A stretch of 64,000 nt of DNA from Octopus vulgaris (GCA_951406725.2 OX597816.1:1674001-1738000); one strand, 5' to 3'; positions 12,326 to 25,032 are shown, numbered from the stretch's first letter. Notes: generated from the letters alone by a model not told the origin. Program-made: numbers and translations.

Positions 12326-12593
12326 TATCTCTGTCTTGCAAGTTACCTGGTGACCTCATTGGTGCCAGGGTCACGAAGGAAGCACTCAGGACAGCCGGTG
12401 AAGTTGTTGTTGTTATGAAGGACATCCAACAATGGAAACTGTAGCAAAGCAGGCATTGGCTCACGATGCAGTCCAGAGACTCATTGGGTCCTGTTGAAAC
12501 CGTACAACCTGTGCCAGCATCAAAGACAGGCGTTAAATGATGATGGAGCGGAGGAAGAGACTGTGTTATACATTTCCACTTGTTTTGTTGCAG

Positions 12594-12785
12594 GGAAAGG
12601 ATTTGACAGACATTTATTCGGAATGAGGACTCTGGCTGAAAAGGCAAACGCTCAAACGCCAGCTTTATTCGCGGACCCCAATTATAAACATATTAACCAC
12701 ATCGTCCTTTCGACGTCCACACTATCCAGCCCCATGATACAGTTTGGTGGTTTCGGTCCAGTGGTGCCTAATGGCTTTGGAATTG
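12594..12785 (+). CDS. CPT2: CPT2 exon: (G)KGFDRHLF...[11 protein letters not shown]...[13 protein letters not shown](G)
   Basis: ttgcag| acceptor and ATTG|gtacg donor. Contains GFDRHL and the carnitine-binding STS motif. Confidence 0.96.
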
Positions 12786-13765
12786 GTACGTAATCTCCTG
12801 CTTTTTTCTTCTCACTTGTAGTATTGATGCTGTCATTTCTTTGAGAAGTGCTACAGTGTTTGTGCGTGGTTAAGGAGTTCAGTTCCCAACCACTTCGTTT
12901 CAGGTTCTGTCCCCTTACATGGCACCTTGGACAAGTCTCTTAGGATGATATTTAATATTTACAATGATATATTCTTTGGCTGAATGAGATGTCACTTTGT
13001 CCCAGACAGCTGTCACTATTCTATCCTTTTGTTGGACACAGAGCACTCAGGATCACATTATCTAAGGTGTCGCTTCTTAGAATGGAAGGATGAACTTGGA
13101 GGGAGATTTGGCTCCTTTTTCTAAGTGGCTGAGTGACTGCATAGCTGCTCCTCTATTGACTTATGGTAGGCATGGTGCTGTCAAAGGTAAGAGATGCAGG
13201 TAGCACTCTACAAGCATAAAAGGTGTATTTGGTAACGATTAATGTTTCATTAACTTGTAGTGCTTGGTTCAAATCTGACAAGAGATATTGCACACAGATC
13301 TGGACACAAACTAATTTGCCCTCGATACAACATAAAAATGAAACCTATAAAACTTCTCTTCACTTCTTTGTGCATGACTCACTTTCAGTTTATTTGAATA
13401 TGACATTTTTGTGGCACCATAAAAAGCACCAACCGATCGTGGCTATTGCCAGCCTACCCTGGCACCTGTGCCAGTGGCACGTAAAAAGCACCCACTACAC
13501 TCATGGAGTGCTTGGCATAAGGAAAGGCATCCAGCTGTAGAAACACTGCCAGATCAGGCTGGAGCCTGGTGCAGCCTCCTGGTTTCCCAGACCCCGGTCG
13601 AACCGTCCAACCTATGCTAGCATGATGATGGACCGTGAAGTCTGGCGTAGCATGGTAAATTCCATTGTCTCGACCACGGTCGAACAATGATGATGATGAT
13701 GATGATGATGATGATAGATATAATGTTTCATTTGATATCATTTCCCTTTTTTTGTCTTTGTAAAG

Positions 13766-13905
13766 GTTACCAAATTGGAGACGAAGCAACTGGTTACATT
13801 GTCACTTCTTATAATCCACACAGAAGCGGATCTGATTTCGTCGTAGCGTTAGAAGAAAGCCTTAATGCAATTTATAATATCCTGGAAGGCAGGTCACCTC
13901 ATTAA
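13766..13905 (+). CDS. CPT2: CPT2 terminal coding exon: (G)YQIGDEATGYIVTSY...NILEGRSPH*
   Basis: taaag| acceptor after a pyrimidine tract, in phase with the previous exon. TAA stop at 13903-13905. Resembles the CPT2 C-terminus. Confidence 0.92.
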
Positions 13906-14102
13906 TGTTGTCTTAATTAAGGAAGAACTATTCATTTACAGTCTCAGTACAGCTGCCATTTTTTACAAGAAAAAAAAAAATCATTAAAAATGCCAGTAAT
14001 TCCATCAGGGATGCTAATCATTGTGTAGGATAATCCAATTAATTACTATCAACATAGAGATTATCTTCAATTTATTTCCAAAGATGAAACAATAACAAAA
14101 TT

Positions 14103-14108
14103 AATAAA
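14103..14108 (+). promoter_or_regulatory. Candidate CPT2 polyadenylation signal AATAAA
   Basis: AATAAA about 200 nt after the stop, followed by T/GT-rich sequence. Confidence 0.55.
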
Positions 14109-14159
14109 AGATTTTATTTTTGTCAGATTTTGTCTGTAATGTGTTTTTATTAATGTAAT

Positions 14160-15340
14160 AATCCTTTCTACTCTAGACACAAGGCCCGAAATTTTAAGGA
14201 AAGGGGTTAGTCAATTACATCAACCCCAGTGTGTAACTGGTACTTAATTTATCGGCCCTGACCCCAAAAGGATGAAAGGCAAAGTTGATGTCAGTAGCAG
14301 ATGAAATACCTATTTCTTTACTACCCACAAGGGGCTAAACACAGAGAGGACAGACAAACGGATTAAGTTGATTATATCGACCCCAAAAGGATGAAAGGCA
14401 AAGTGGACCTCGCCGGAATTTGGCAGATGAAATACCGCTAAGCATTTTGCCAGCTTGTTGCCTTAATAATAGTAGTTTCAAATTTTGGCACAAAGCCAGC
14501 AATTTTAGGGGAGGACTATGTTGATTAGAATGATCCCAGGTTTCAAATGCTACTTATTTTGTAGACCCTGAAAGGCAAAGTCGATGCTGTTGGCATTTGA
14601 ACTCAGAAGGTAAAGCTCTGGATGACTTGCCACAAACCATTTTGTCTGGCACACTGACAACTCTGCTGTCTCGAGAGTAATAACAATAATTGCTTGTAAT
14701 ATAGGCAGAAGGCCTGAAATTTGAGGGGAGGGGTTAGTCGAAGGCATCAACCCCGCTACTTGACCCATACTTTATTTTGTTGGGTGTGAAAGGCTAAGTT
14801 CACCTTGGCAGGATTTTTTGAGCTTAGAACATAAAGAGTCAGAAGAAATACTGCTAAACATTTTGACTGCCGTTCCAATGGATCTGTCAGCTCCCTGCTT
14901 CATATCATAATAATAATAATCACCCTTTCTGCTATAGACACAAGATCTGAAACTTTGGGGGAGGGGAACAGTTGATTCCATCAACCCCCAATACTCAACT
15001 GGTACTTATTTCATCAACCCTGAAAGGATCAAGGGCAGAGTCGACCTCGGCAGAATTTGAACTCAGAACTTAAAGTTGGATGAAATACCATTAAGCATTT
15101 CACCCAGCATGCTAACAATTCTGCCAGCTTGTTGTTGTTTATGACGACATCCATGCTTTCTAATTTTAGCACAAGGCCAGCAATTTTGTGGGTGGGGAGG
15201 GGAAAGTCAGTTGTGTTGTTTCCCCTCATATACCCAGCTGCTTCTTATTTTATTGGCCCCCAAAAGAATGAAAGGCAGATTTGAACTTAGAATGTTAAGA
15301 GTTGGAAAAAATGCTGCCAAGCATTGGGTTCAATGCTCCA
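14160..15340. mobile_element. Cluster of several SINE copies downstream of CPT2
   Basis: Repeated gaccccaaaaggatgaaaggcaaagtcgacctcggcggaatttgaactcagaa-type core and cacaaggcctgaaattt segments. Confidence 0.75.
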
Positions 15341-15410
15341 AGGATTCAGTAGTTCAGCACCTTGCATCATCATTGGGTGAAAAGAGCAGGGCATGCCATC
15401 AAAATAATAT

Positions 15411-15940
15411 TGGGGTACCAATATACAAAGCCCAATCTACCCGTCTGATAAGGGTACACCAGGCACATACATCACAACCACATGTGCATGACATTGTGAT
15501 CTCATATCAAGCTGAACAGTGCACTATGACCTTGCAGGTGGGGCCCAGTTAGAATTTTCTTTTCAAGTCGAGTAACCCATCCCGGTCAAAAGGTCCTTGA
15601 ATAAGGTTTGTTTAGGGATGTTGAACGAAACACCCATGTTTCCAAAGGTAAATTATTCAAACTCCAAAGAATTCCTTTCAACACATGGCTATGATGCTCC
15701 CCCACTACTTCTGCTCGTGATCAGAGATGCACATATCGTCGGTCACTAAGGGACATGCTCAACTGGTTAAGGTCAAACAACTGACAAGCAAATCTGTGGT
15801 ATTGAGCAGAATATTTGCTGTAGCCCATCTTTTTATATCAAGATAGAACAATGTACATGATAACACTTCCAATCAGTTAAGATCAGAAGCCACACAAGAG
15901 CCATTGCCTGGTACTGCATCAGGGCGTTTATTATTATTGT
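15411..15940. mobile_element. About 530-bp interspersed repeat; a second, inverted copy lies at about 26517-27047 inside (TAA)n
   Basis: Reverse-complement similarity between the two loci (for example gatgggctacagcaaatattctgctcaataccacagatttgc). Both are associated with (TAA)n. Confidence 0.75.
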
Positions 15941-16205
15941 TGTTGTTATTAAGGCAGCGAGCTGGCAGAATCGTTAGCATGCTGGACTAAATACTTAGTG
16001 GTATTTTGCTCACCACTCTGTTCTGAGTTCAAATTCTGTTGAGGTCAACTTTATCTTTCATCCTTTCGGTGGGTGGGTGGGGGGGGATAAATCAAGTACC
16101 AGTTGCCTACTGGGGTTGATCTAATCAACCGGCTCCCTGCCCCCAAATTTTAAGCCTTGTACCTATAGTAGAAAGGATTATTGTTGTTATGATATTCATG
16201 CTGTG

Positions 16206-16261
16206 TTTATTAGGATGGAAAATGATTTTCATGAATCATCAATCCTGTTGATCACTTTATT
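16206..16261 (-). promoter_or_regulatory. Two candidate AATAAA polyadenylation signals for the MEI4-like gene
   Basis: TTTATT on the + strand at 16206-16211 and 16256-16261, downstream of the stop codon. Confidence 0.4.
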
Positions 16262-16528
16262 CATTTTAAACTCATTCAACTCTAAAGATTGTAACAAACT
16301 GTGATGTTGTTTTGCCAGATTCCCAAGTGATGTATCGGCAAGCATCACTCTTCTCTTGATATTCTTCTTCTTTGGTGATTGAATCAGAAACTTTACACTG
16401 AACGTAGCAATATTAAATACTTTTATCTACAACAGAGAATTAACAATTTCAGCACATCTCTGTCTCATTAGCCATTATCCATAAAGACATATGACTGATG
16501 AATTAAACAGTACCAAAGTGCTCTGTCT

Positions 16529-16939
16529 TCAAATATGCTTTAGAATTAAATTTGAATTTTTACCATTTTTGTTCAGAGGAGGAATATTATGAATGATCAC
16601 CATAATTTGCCACAAAGCATGAGCAATCAATGGGAATGTGTCTTCTATTAGAGAGAAGCAGTTCTCTATGGAATCGGTTAAATCAGTAATGAAGTTCTGT
16701 GATGGCATCAAGTTATGGTCATTGATCACCTCAGCAATACATTCGGCAAGACAACAAAGAATGAAATAGTTGTTTTCAAAGAAGACCGGATCCTGAAGGT
16801 TCCTCATATTCAAAGAAAGCTTTTTAATGTAGTTGAAGAATTTGCAGGCATAGTTATATAAAGTGGTCAGAAGCAGTTCTTTGGTTTCATGGCAATGCAT
16901 GAATTCACTCAACAACTTGATGTAGTCTCTTTTCTTAAG
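16529..16939 (-). CDS. MEI4: MEI4-like last (or penultimate) coding exon: LKKRDYIKLL...FENNYFIL...IEDTFPLIAHALWQI...LKHI*
   Basis: ttttgtag| acceptor, phase 0. EN..(F/Y).L and D.FPL....LW match the MEI4 C-terminal motifs. TGA at 16531-16529. Confidence 0.85.
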   Translation of the reverse strand, partial: LKKRDYIKLLSEFMHCHETKELLLTTLYNYACKFFNYIKKLSLNMRNLQDPVFFENNYFILCCLAECIAEVINDHNLMPSQNFITDLTDSIENCFSLIEDTFPLIAHALWQIMVIIHNIPPLNKNGKNSNLILKHI

Positions 16940-17070
16940 CTACAAAACAAAACAAAAAAACATACAGTTGATAAATAACACATAAACATTTAATAAATAT
17001 GACATAGATATTTATTTAATAAGTAATATGTCTTATATCTCTGGCTTAGGGTGTTGGACTCATGATCATG

Positions 17071-17690
17071 GTGTCTTGGCATCACTTACCCATTGCCAAG
17101 AAGGCTGAGGGTGTCTTGGCATCACTTACCCATTGCCAAGAAGGCTGAGGGTGTCTTGGCATCACTTACCCATTGCCAAGAAGGCTGAGGGGGCCTTGGC
17201 ATCACTTACCCATTGCCAAGAAGGCTGAGGGTGTCTTGGCATCACTTACCCATTGCCAAGAAGGCTGAGGGTGTCTTGGCATCACTTACTCATTGCCAAG
17301 AAGGCTGAGGGTGTCTTGGCATCACTTACCCATTGCCAAGAAGGCTGAGGGGGTCTTAGCATCACTTACTCATTGCCAAGAAGGCTGAGGGTGTCTTGGC
17401 ATCACTTACCCATTGCCAAGAAGGCTGAGGGGGTCTTGGCATCACTTACCCATTGCCAAGAAGGCTGAGGGTGTCTTGGCATCACTTACTCATTGCCAAG
17501 AAGGCTGAGGGTGTCTTGGCATCACTTACTCATTGCCAAGAAGGCTGAGAGTGTCTTGGCATCACTTACCCATTGCCAAGAAGGCTGAGGGGGTCTTGGC
17601 ATCACTTACCCATTGCCAAGAAGGCTGAGGGTGTCTTGGCATCACTTACCCATTGCCAAGAAGGCTGAGGGTGTCTTGGCATCACTTACC
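17071..17690 (+). repeat. 40-bp tandem array, 15.5 copies, derived from the 5' end of the adjacent LINE fragment
   Basis: Unit gtgtcttggcatcacttacccattgccaagaaggctgagg, with no spacers. Confidence 0.97.
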
Positions 17691-18346
17691 AAGTCCTTTG
17701 TGAGCCGCTCTCTGGCTATCTATCTGAGGCTTTATATAGCTATGGTAAGGCCTCACCTGGAATTTACATCACCGGTCTGGAACCTCTATCTTGCCCAGGA
17801 TATTAATTGTCTGGAAGCCATTCAGCAATGTGCAACCAAGAGAATACCCTCCATCAGGCATTTGCCATATTCTGAATGCCTTACTTCCCTGGGCATGGAT
17901 ACATTGAAACTCTGACGTCTGGCAACTGACTTGGCAGACACCCATAAAATTATTAACCATCTTACAAACAATAACTCTGAGAACCTTTTCAAACTCCATC
18001 TGTCTAACACCCGTGGACATGTTTACAAAGTCAGAAAACAGCACAGCTCCTTCCATGACTTTCGGAAACATTTTTTCACGCTAAGAGTTGCTGAAGTATG
18101 GAACAAACTGCTGGCATCAGTTGTTAGTTGCCGGAGCGCTGCATCCTTCAAAACTTCCATGCTTCCTGAGATTCGCCAACACTACACCTGATTTTCTCCC
18201 CTCCATACACATGCAAGCATCTATCTGACTCATACACTGTTCTTTTTCCAGACATTTGTACATTACTGCATATACTTTATATGCACTTTTTGACAAGCTG
18301 TGGTGCACCTGGGCACTGTATACAATAATTTCATTATTATTATTAT
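17650..18346 (+). mobile_element. 5'-truncated CR1/L2-type LINE (RT C-terminus, 3'UTR, (TTA)n tail), inserted in a SINE
   Basis: Translates KKAEGVLASLTKSF...LYIAMVRPHLEFTSPVWN and TRGHVYKV...RKHFFTLRVAEVWNKL, with an in-frame stop. The SINE head at about 17043-17069 resumes at about 18347. Confidence 0.85.
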
Positions 18347-19558
18347 AAGATTGTGGTTTCAATTCCTGGACTGGGCAATGAATTGTGTTCTTGAGCAAAA
18401 CACTCCATTTCACGTTGCACCAGTCCACTCAGCTGGCAAAAAAGCATAACCCTGCAATAAATTGGCATCCTCTCCAGGTGGGGAATAGGCTGAGAAACTG
18501 GCCCTTATGAGCCTGACATGGCTCAAGAAGGAAACATTTATTTATGTCTTGCATTTAAATGAATCTAGGTGCAGCTATGACTGTGTGGTAAGAAGTCTGC
18601 TTCCCAACCACATGGTTTTGGGTTCAGTCCTACTACGAGGCGCCTTGACCAAGTGTCTTCTACTCTAACTCCTGGACCAACCAAAACCATGTGAATAGAT
18701 TTGGTCGGCAGAAAGAAGCCTACTGCATATATGTGTGTGTGTGTGTTTGTGTTCCCTTGATTTGACATAGGATAATACTTGTAAGTGTCCTCCATTTCCA
18801 GTCATGCTTGGAAACAGGCAAGGAATTCAGGACATGGAAAGTGTCTGCCTCAACAAATTCCATCCTGCCCAGGCAAGCATGGAAATGTGGATGTTAAAAG
18901 AATGACGATTACATAATAATACATCATCACTTAATGTCGGTTTTCCGTGATGGCATGGGTGGACGGATCAAGAGAAAGTGACGAGTCAGCAATCCTTGCC
19001 ATCTGCTTTGACATAGTTTTCGCAACTGGGTACCCTTCCTGTTGCCTACTGCTTCACTAAGTATACTGGGTGCTTTTTACGTGGCACCAGCACTTGCGGG
19101 GTCACCGAGTAACTTGCAAGACAAGACCCACCCCGGTAACCGAGTGGGGGGTTTTGTATGGAGGGAAAGAAAAAGGAGTGTTGCATTAGAGGGAAAGCAT
19201 GGCTGCTTGAGGTGGGGAGAGACAAAGAAGAAAGCAGTGACAGTGTGTGGGGCAGGGGACTGGTGAGCTGGCAAGATCAGAAGAGGAAACTGGTGGATGG
19301 GTGAAACGAGTGGGCAGAAATAGAGAGGGTAGAAAAACACATAAATTGTAATTTAGTGTTGAACTACTAAATTATAAAGTTCAAATATTATGTGTATGTT
19401 CCAATTCTTGCAGGGAACTAAGAATAAATATCTTTTAAGCACCATCAAATCTGGTGTTTAGGGATAGATTCGTGGCATGGAGTGGATAAGAGCTAACTGT
19501 TCCTTAGAAAATTACTTCTTGTAAATCTCACAACAAGAGATATTCAGCAACAGAACTT

Positions 19559-19807
19559 TGGAGTAAAGACTGTTTGCCAGCATAACATGGCAGTCCTGGT
19601 TTAGGACGAATGTTGCTGTAATTTAGCCCCAGGAGACATCATCTCCAGCTGGCTTTACGACACGATCTGTGTGCTTATATTTTCAAACAAGTGACACAGA
19701 TCGTGTTGTATAGCCAGCTGGAGACGATGTCTCCTGGGGTTAAATTACAGCAACATTCATCCTAAACTAGGACTGCCATGTTATGCTGGCAAACAATCTT
19801 CCCTCCA
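19559..19807. repeat. Foldback inverted repeat (about 115-bp arms, about 21-nt loop) in a MEI4 intron
   Basis: tgtttgccagcataacatggcagtcc... is mirrored by ...ggactgccatgttatgctggcaaaca. Confidence 0.85.
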
Positions 19808-21081
19808 GCTAACTGTTCAGTTTTATAGAATGTTAATAATCTGTTGTAGGTAACATTCCCAGGTAATGCAGGACTTATTTTTGGCATTTAAGTGAAAGAT
19901 TGCAGCAGAAACACAATAAAAAAAACCTGCAGAAAATCCCAAGTTTGAAGATCAACATGCCCTTGGCCATGTTTACATATCCAACACAGATTCTCCTGTA
20001 ATATTAAATATGGAGCACGGCAGTGAACTGGCAGAAACATTAGCACACCGGGCAAAATGCTGAGTGGTATTTCGTCTGTCTTAACGTTCTGAGTTCAAAT
20101 TCTGCCAAGGTCGATTTTGCCTTTCATCCTTTCAGGGTTGATAAATTAAATACCAGTTGCGTACTGGGGCCCAGCTAATCGACTGGCTCTCTTCTCCAAA
20201 ATTTCAGGCCTTGTGCCTAGAGTAGAAAAGAATATTAAATATGGAACTGTAATAGTTCAGCAGATTCTCCTTCCACATAATCAGGTGAGAACTTCTGTGT
20301 GGTGAAGAAGGTTGCCTCTCAGTCAGATGGCTTCAGGTTCAGGGCTACTGCACAGCACCTTGGGCAAATTCCTTCTGATTGAATTTGGTAGATGGAAACT
20401 TGAAAGAAGCCTGTCTTTAGTTTTTTGCTGCTTTAATGTCTAATTTTCTGTGCAAGCATGGGTTAGATGAATATATTATGGGGTCCTGGGTTCAGTCCCA
20501 CTGCATGACAGCTGTCTTCTGCTATAGCCCGGGGTCAATCAAAGTCTTGATCCCACATGCTCTATTTTACTGACCCTGAAAGGATGAAAGACAAATGACC
20601 TTGGTAAGATTTGAACTCAGAAATACTTGGAATGGTAACCATTCTGCCAGTTCACTGCCCTTCTCTCAGGTGTGTTGTTTGTTCCTTCTCGAGCCATGCC
20701 TGGCTCATAAGGGCCGGTTTCCCAGTTTCATTGGTGTATAGGTTCCCCACCAGGACAGGACGCTGGTCTGTTGCAGGTGAGCTGCTAGGTGCAGGAGGAA
20801 AGCAGGAGAGAAAGTTGTGGCAAAAGAGTCAGCAGAGGTTTGCCATTATCTTTCTGCCAGAGCCATGTGGAGCTTAGGTGTTTCATTCATAAACACACAC
20901 ATTACCCGGTCTGGGATTCGAACCCGCAATCCCTCAACTGCGAATCTGCTGCTCTAACCACTGGGCCATGTGCCTCCACTCTCTCAGATATAAATAATAA
21001 AAATAATAAAAATAACAAAGTAATACTGAAAAATGAAAATATTTCAGGAAGAAAAACAAAATGAAAAGATATTCAAAGTAC

Positions 21082-21476
21082 CTGAGTTATTTTGTCATTT
21101 AATATCACTGTTTTGATGACTGTATTCTGGAAGTCAGCAGTGAAGGTTTTAAAACTGTTTCTGAGATCTGAATTGTGAGGGGCCAAATCGCAAATTTTCA
21201 TGGAAGCTTTTAAAGTGGAACTGACACAAGGTAAAGTGATTTTATGTATATCTGTTAAGAGGAAACTATAAATGATCTTGGTGCTATCAATCACTGTGTG
21301 TTCAATAACTTTGGTGATCTTATGTTGGTCTTGGAGAAGATTTGAAACACTTCTTAAATTAAATGAACTCTGCAGGAAACAGGTATGGTTCGTTAGCATA
21401 CGATCTAATGAATCTAGCCGATTAGTCAAACATTTTCCAGAAGGTGGAGGTGTTAAGATATTACTAGATTCTGCAT
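21082..21476 (-). CDS. MEI4: MEI4-like exon: (D)AESSNILTPPPSG...LTNHTCFLQSSFNL...DKITQ
   Basis: tttcag| acceptor and CAG|gtact donor, 395 nt open, phase 1/0. H..FLQ motif as in MEI4. Confidence 0.83.
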
Positions 21477-21809
21477 CTGAAAGAGAAAAAATGCAATGAA
21501 TGTGTGAATACATTTGCGTGTCAGTGGATGCGGATGCACACACTGCAATGTGTATGGTTGGCATTGCTATGCACATTATTTATGATGCGGGTGTATGTAT
21601 GTGTCACTCACAAATGTATGAATGCATTTGTATTTATGCTATGTGTATGTGCGTGTACAGATGTGTGGTATGAATAACACCATAGCTATCATCACCATCA
21701 TCCTTACTTGACACTCAGTTTCCATGGTTTTGACAGGATCGAATGGGAAGGAGGCCTGCATCATCTCGCTCCGTTATCTGCTTTGGCATGATTTCCACAA
21801 TTGGATGAT

Positions 21810-22196
21810 GGAAGCACTCCGTCAGTTATGACGATGAGGGTTCCGGTTCATCCGAATCAACGGAACAGCCTGCTCGTGAAATTAACGTGCAAGTGGCTGA
21901 GCACCCCACAGACACGTGCACCCTTAACGTAGTTCTCGGGGATATTCAGCGTGACACAGAGAGTGACAAGGCCGGCCCCTTGAAAATACAGGTACAACAG
22001 AAACAGGAAGTAAGAGTGAGAGAAAGTTGTGGTGAAAGAGTACAGCAGAGATCACCACCACCCCCTGCCGGAGCCTCGTGGAGCTTTTAGGTGTTTTCGC
22101 TCAATAAACACTCACAACGCCCGGTCTGGGAATCGAAACCGCAATCCTATGACCGCGAGTCCGCTGCCCTAACCACTGGGCCATTGCGCCTCCACT
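21810..22196 (-). mobile_element. tRNA-derived SINE, well preserved (related copies at about 24071-24380 +, 46710-47075 -, 20660-20980 -)
   Basis: Head ggcgcaatggcccagtggttagggcagcggactc...ggtttcgattccc has pol III A/B boxes and is followed by a non-tRNA body. Confidence 0.85.
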
Positions 22197-22944
22197 CCAC
22201 AATTGGATGCCCTTCCTAACACCAACCACAGTGCAGTGGGTGCTGGTATCATATCACCAGCCCTAGTGGTGACACCTCATAGTCTGCAAGGCGTCCACCA
22301 CCACTGCCCCCATATTATTATCCTTATTGCTTCTCCAAGCTTACACGGGTGACTGGCTCTTCTCCACCACAAACCAACAAATAACACATTGCCTTGTTAT
22401 CTCCAGTGAAGGTGCATGGCTCAGTGGTTGGGGCACCAGGCTTACAGTTGTGAGGTTCGATTCCCAGACCAGGCTGTGTGTTGCGTTCTTGAGCAAAACA
22501 TTTTATTTCATGTTGGTCCAGTTCATTCAGTTGTAGAAATGAGTTGTGACATCATTGGTGCCAAGTTGTATCAGCCCCTTTGCCATTCGTTTGGACAAAA
22601 TCAGTGAAGTGGAAAGAGGACACTGGTACGCATGGGCGACCGCTGCTCTTCCACAAACAACCTTGCCTGGACTTGGGCCTTGGAAGGGAACTTTCTAAGT
22701 GCAATCCCAGGATCATTCGCATCCATTCATCTCCTTCATTATATATTCTTATTCTTTTACTTGTTTCAGTCATTTGACTGCAGCCATGCTGGAGCACCGC
22801 CTTTAGTTGAGCAAATCAACCCCCAGGACTTATTCTTTGTAAGCCTAGTTCTTATTCTCTTGGTCTCTTTTGCCAAATCATTAAATTACAGAAACATAAA
22901 CAAATCAGCATCGGCTGTCAAGTGATGTTGGGGGGAGGGGTCAA

Positions 22945-22975
<31 letters not shown>

Positions 22976-25032
22976 CACAATGGGCTTCTTTCAGTTTCCG
23001 TCTGCCAAATCCACTCACAAGGCTTTGGTCAGCCTGAAGCTATAGTAGAAGACACTTGCCCAAGGTGCCACGCAGTGAGACTGAACCCATAACCATGTGG
23101 TTGGTAAGCAAGCTACTTACCACACAGTCACTCCTGCACCTATATATAACATCCTCAGATCACTTTATGGCAAGTCTTTCTCGGTCTCCTTCTTCTACAG
23201 GTTTCATTTAATTTGGTCTCCCAGACCTTTGTTGTGCACCTCCCATCCTCCATCCTCCATACAATTTCCTCTCTTGCACAATGTCTCTCATCCTTCCAGC
23301 ATACACTTTCTCTCTCTCTCTCTCTCTCTCCATTCGCACCATGTCGTTCAGGTACACGAAACATCCAGCAGAGTTTAGTCCATCATTTCTTTCTTAGTCT
23401 TTATAAACTCCTCTGACATTTAAGGTCCCTGTCTCACTACCCCATAGCACTACAGTTTGTACGCAAGCCTCATTCAATCTGCCATTCAACAGTAAGGGTC
23501 AAAGCTTCCAATATGTTCTTAATTATGGCCACTACAGGTTCACAGTATCCACTCAACCCCACTACTAATTAAGAGCTCACCTGGACAGTTGAAGCCAAAT
23601 ATCTTAGCAAAAAGCTAAATTAGAAACTCTTAGCCTGGTTCTCTGTTGTTTCTACCAATGACCACACACATCAAACATGATTAGATTCCAGTTTAATGTT
23701 TTAATTAGAGATTTTTCCTGTTTCTGTATCATTTTTTGGCACTTTACAATAAACTTCCTCGATCCATAATCAATACATTTGGTTCCCATGTTTTTCCTTT
23801 TATGGTAATCAAATTTATGAGACTTTACCAGCAAACATTTTTCTCATCATTGGTCTTCTGTGTCAGCAGTCACATGGACAATTTATCATTTCCTAGTTAA
23901 ATTTTATGTATGCTTTACTGCCAGAAGTTTTTCCTGTTAGGCGTCCATATCAGTAGTCATGAAGTAATTTTTTGATGTGTCAATCTTATCATTGTTTTGC
24001 ACAATTAATATTGCATCCATGATTAATTATTTATTCTTGTGAGGAATTTCATACGGTATGTAAGTGTTGAAGGCACAATGGCCCAGTGGTTAGGGCAGCG
24101 GACTCGGGGTCGTAGGATCGCGGTTTCGATTCCCAGACCAGGCGTTGTGAGTGTTTATTGAGCAAAAGCACCTAAAGCTCCATGAGGCTCCAGCAAGGGG
24201 TGGTGGCAATCCCTGCTGTACACTTTCGCCACAACTTTCTCTCAATCTTTCTTCTGTTGGCCTGCTCACTTAGCCAGTGGGGTGGTGTCATTTGAAGGCT
24301 AAAACAATGCGAAGCGCATTGTGACCAGCGATGTGTAGCAACATCTGATAGCCTGGTTGGTCACGGTGATCACGGTGATGTAAGTGTTGTCTATTAGTAT
24401 TTTTCTATCAAACTTTGGTGTGTGGTATTGTGTCTCACAATTGCTTCTTGTTGTAAATGCACAGTGAATCTACAAGTGAGTGTTGTACTAGGGTAAAGAG
24501 GGTAAAAAAAAGCAGCCCCTTCAATCATGAATGACCATGGGATTGCACCTAGAAAGTTACCCTCCAAGGCACAAGTGCAGGGAATGTTGTTTATGGAAGA
24601 CCAGCAGTTGCCCATGCATACCAGCCTCCACTCTACACGCCACTGATGTTATCCGAGAGAAAGGCAAAGGGGCCGATACAACCTGGCACCTGTGACATTG
24701 CAGCTTATTTCTACAGGTGAGTGAACTGGAGCAACATGAAATAAAGTGTCTTGCTCAAGAACACAGCACACAGCTCAGTCCAGGAATTGAACTCATTACC
24801 TCATAATTGTGAACCTGACACTCTAACCACTGAGTCATCTTCACACAGGCCAATAAATAACAGCCTGAGTGGTTGGTGTTTAGGAAGGGCATCCAGTTGT
24901 AAAAATTCTGCCAAAACAGACACCGAAGTCTGGTGCAGGCTTCTGCCTGGTTGGCTCTTGTGAAACCGTCCCACCCATGCCAGGATGGAAGGTGGACGTT
25001 AAATGATGATGATGATGATGATATATATATAT

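Noticed and set aside
17071-17690. CRISPR-like array of palindromic 40-bp repeats
   Set aside because: No unique spacers, no cas genes, eukaryotic context, and the unit continues directly into LINE coding sequence.
24071-24145. tRNA-like sequence with A and B boxes
   Set aside because: Head of a multi-copy SINE, with no complete cloverleaf or terminator.
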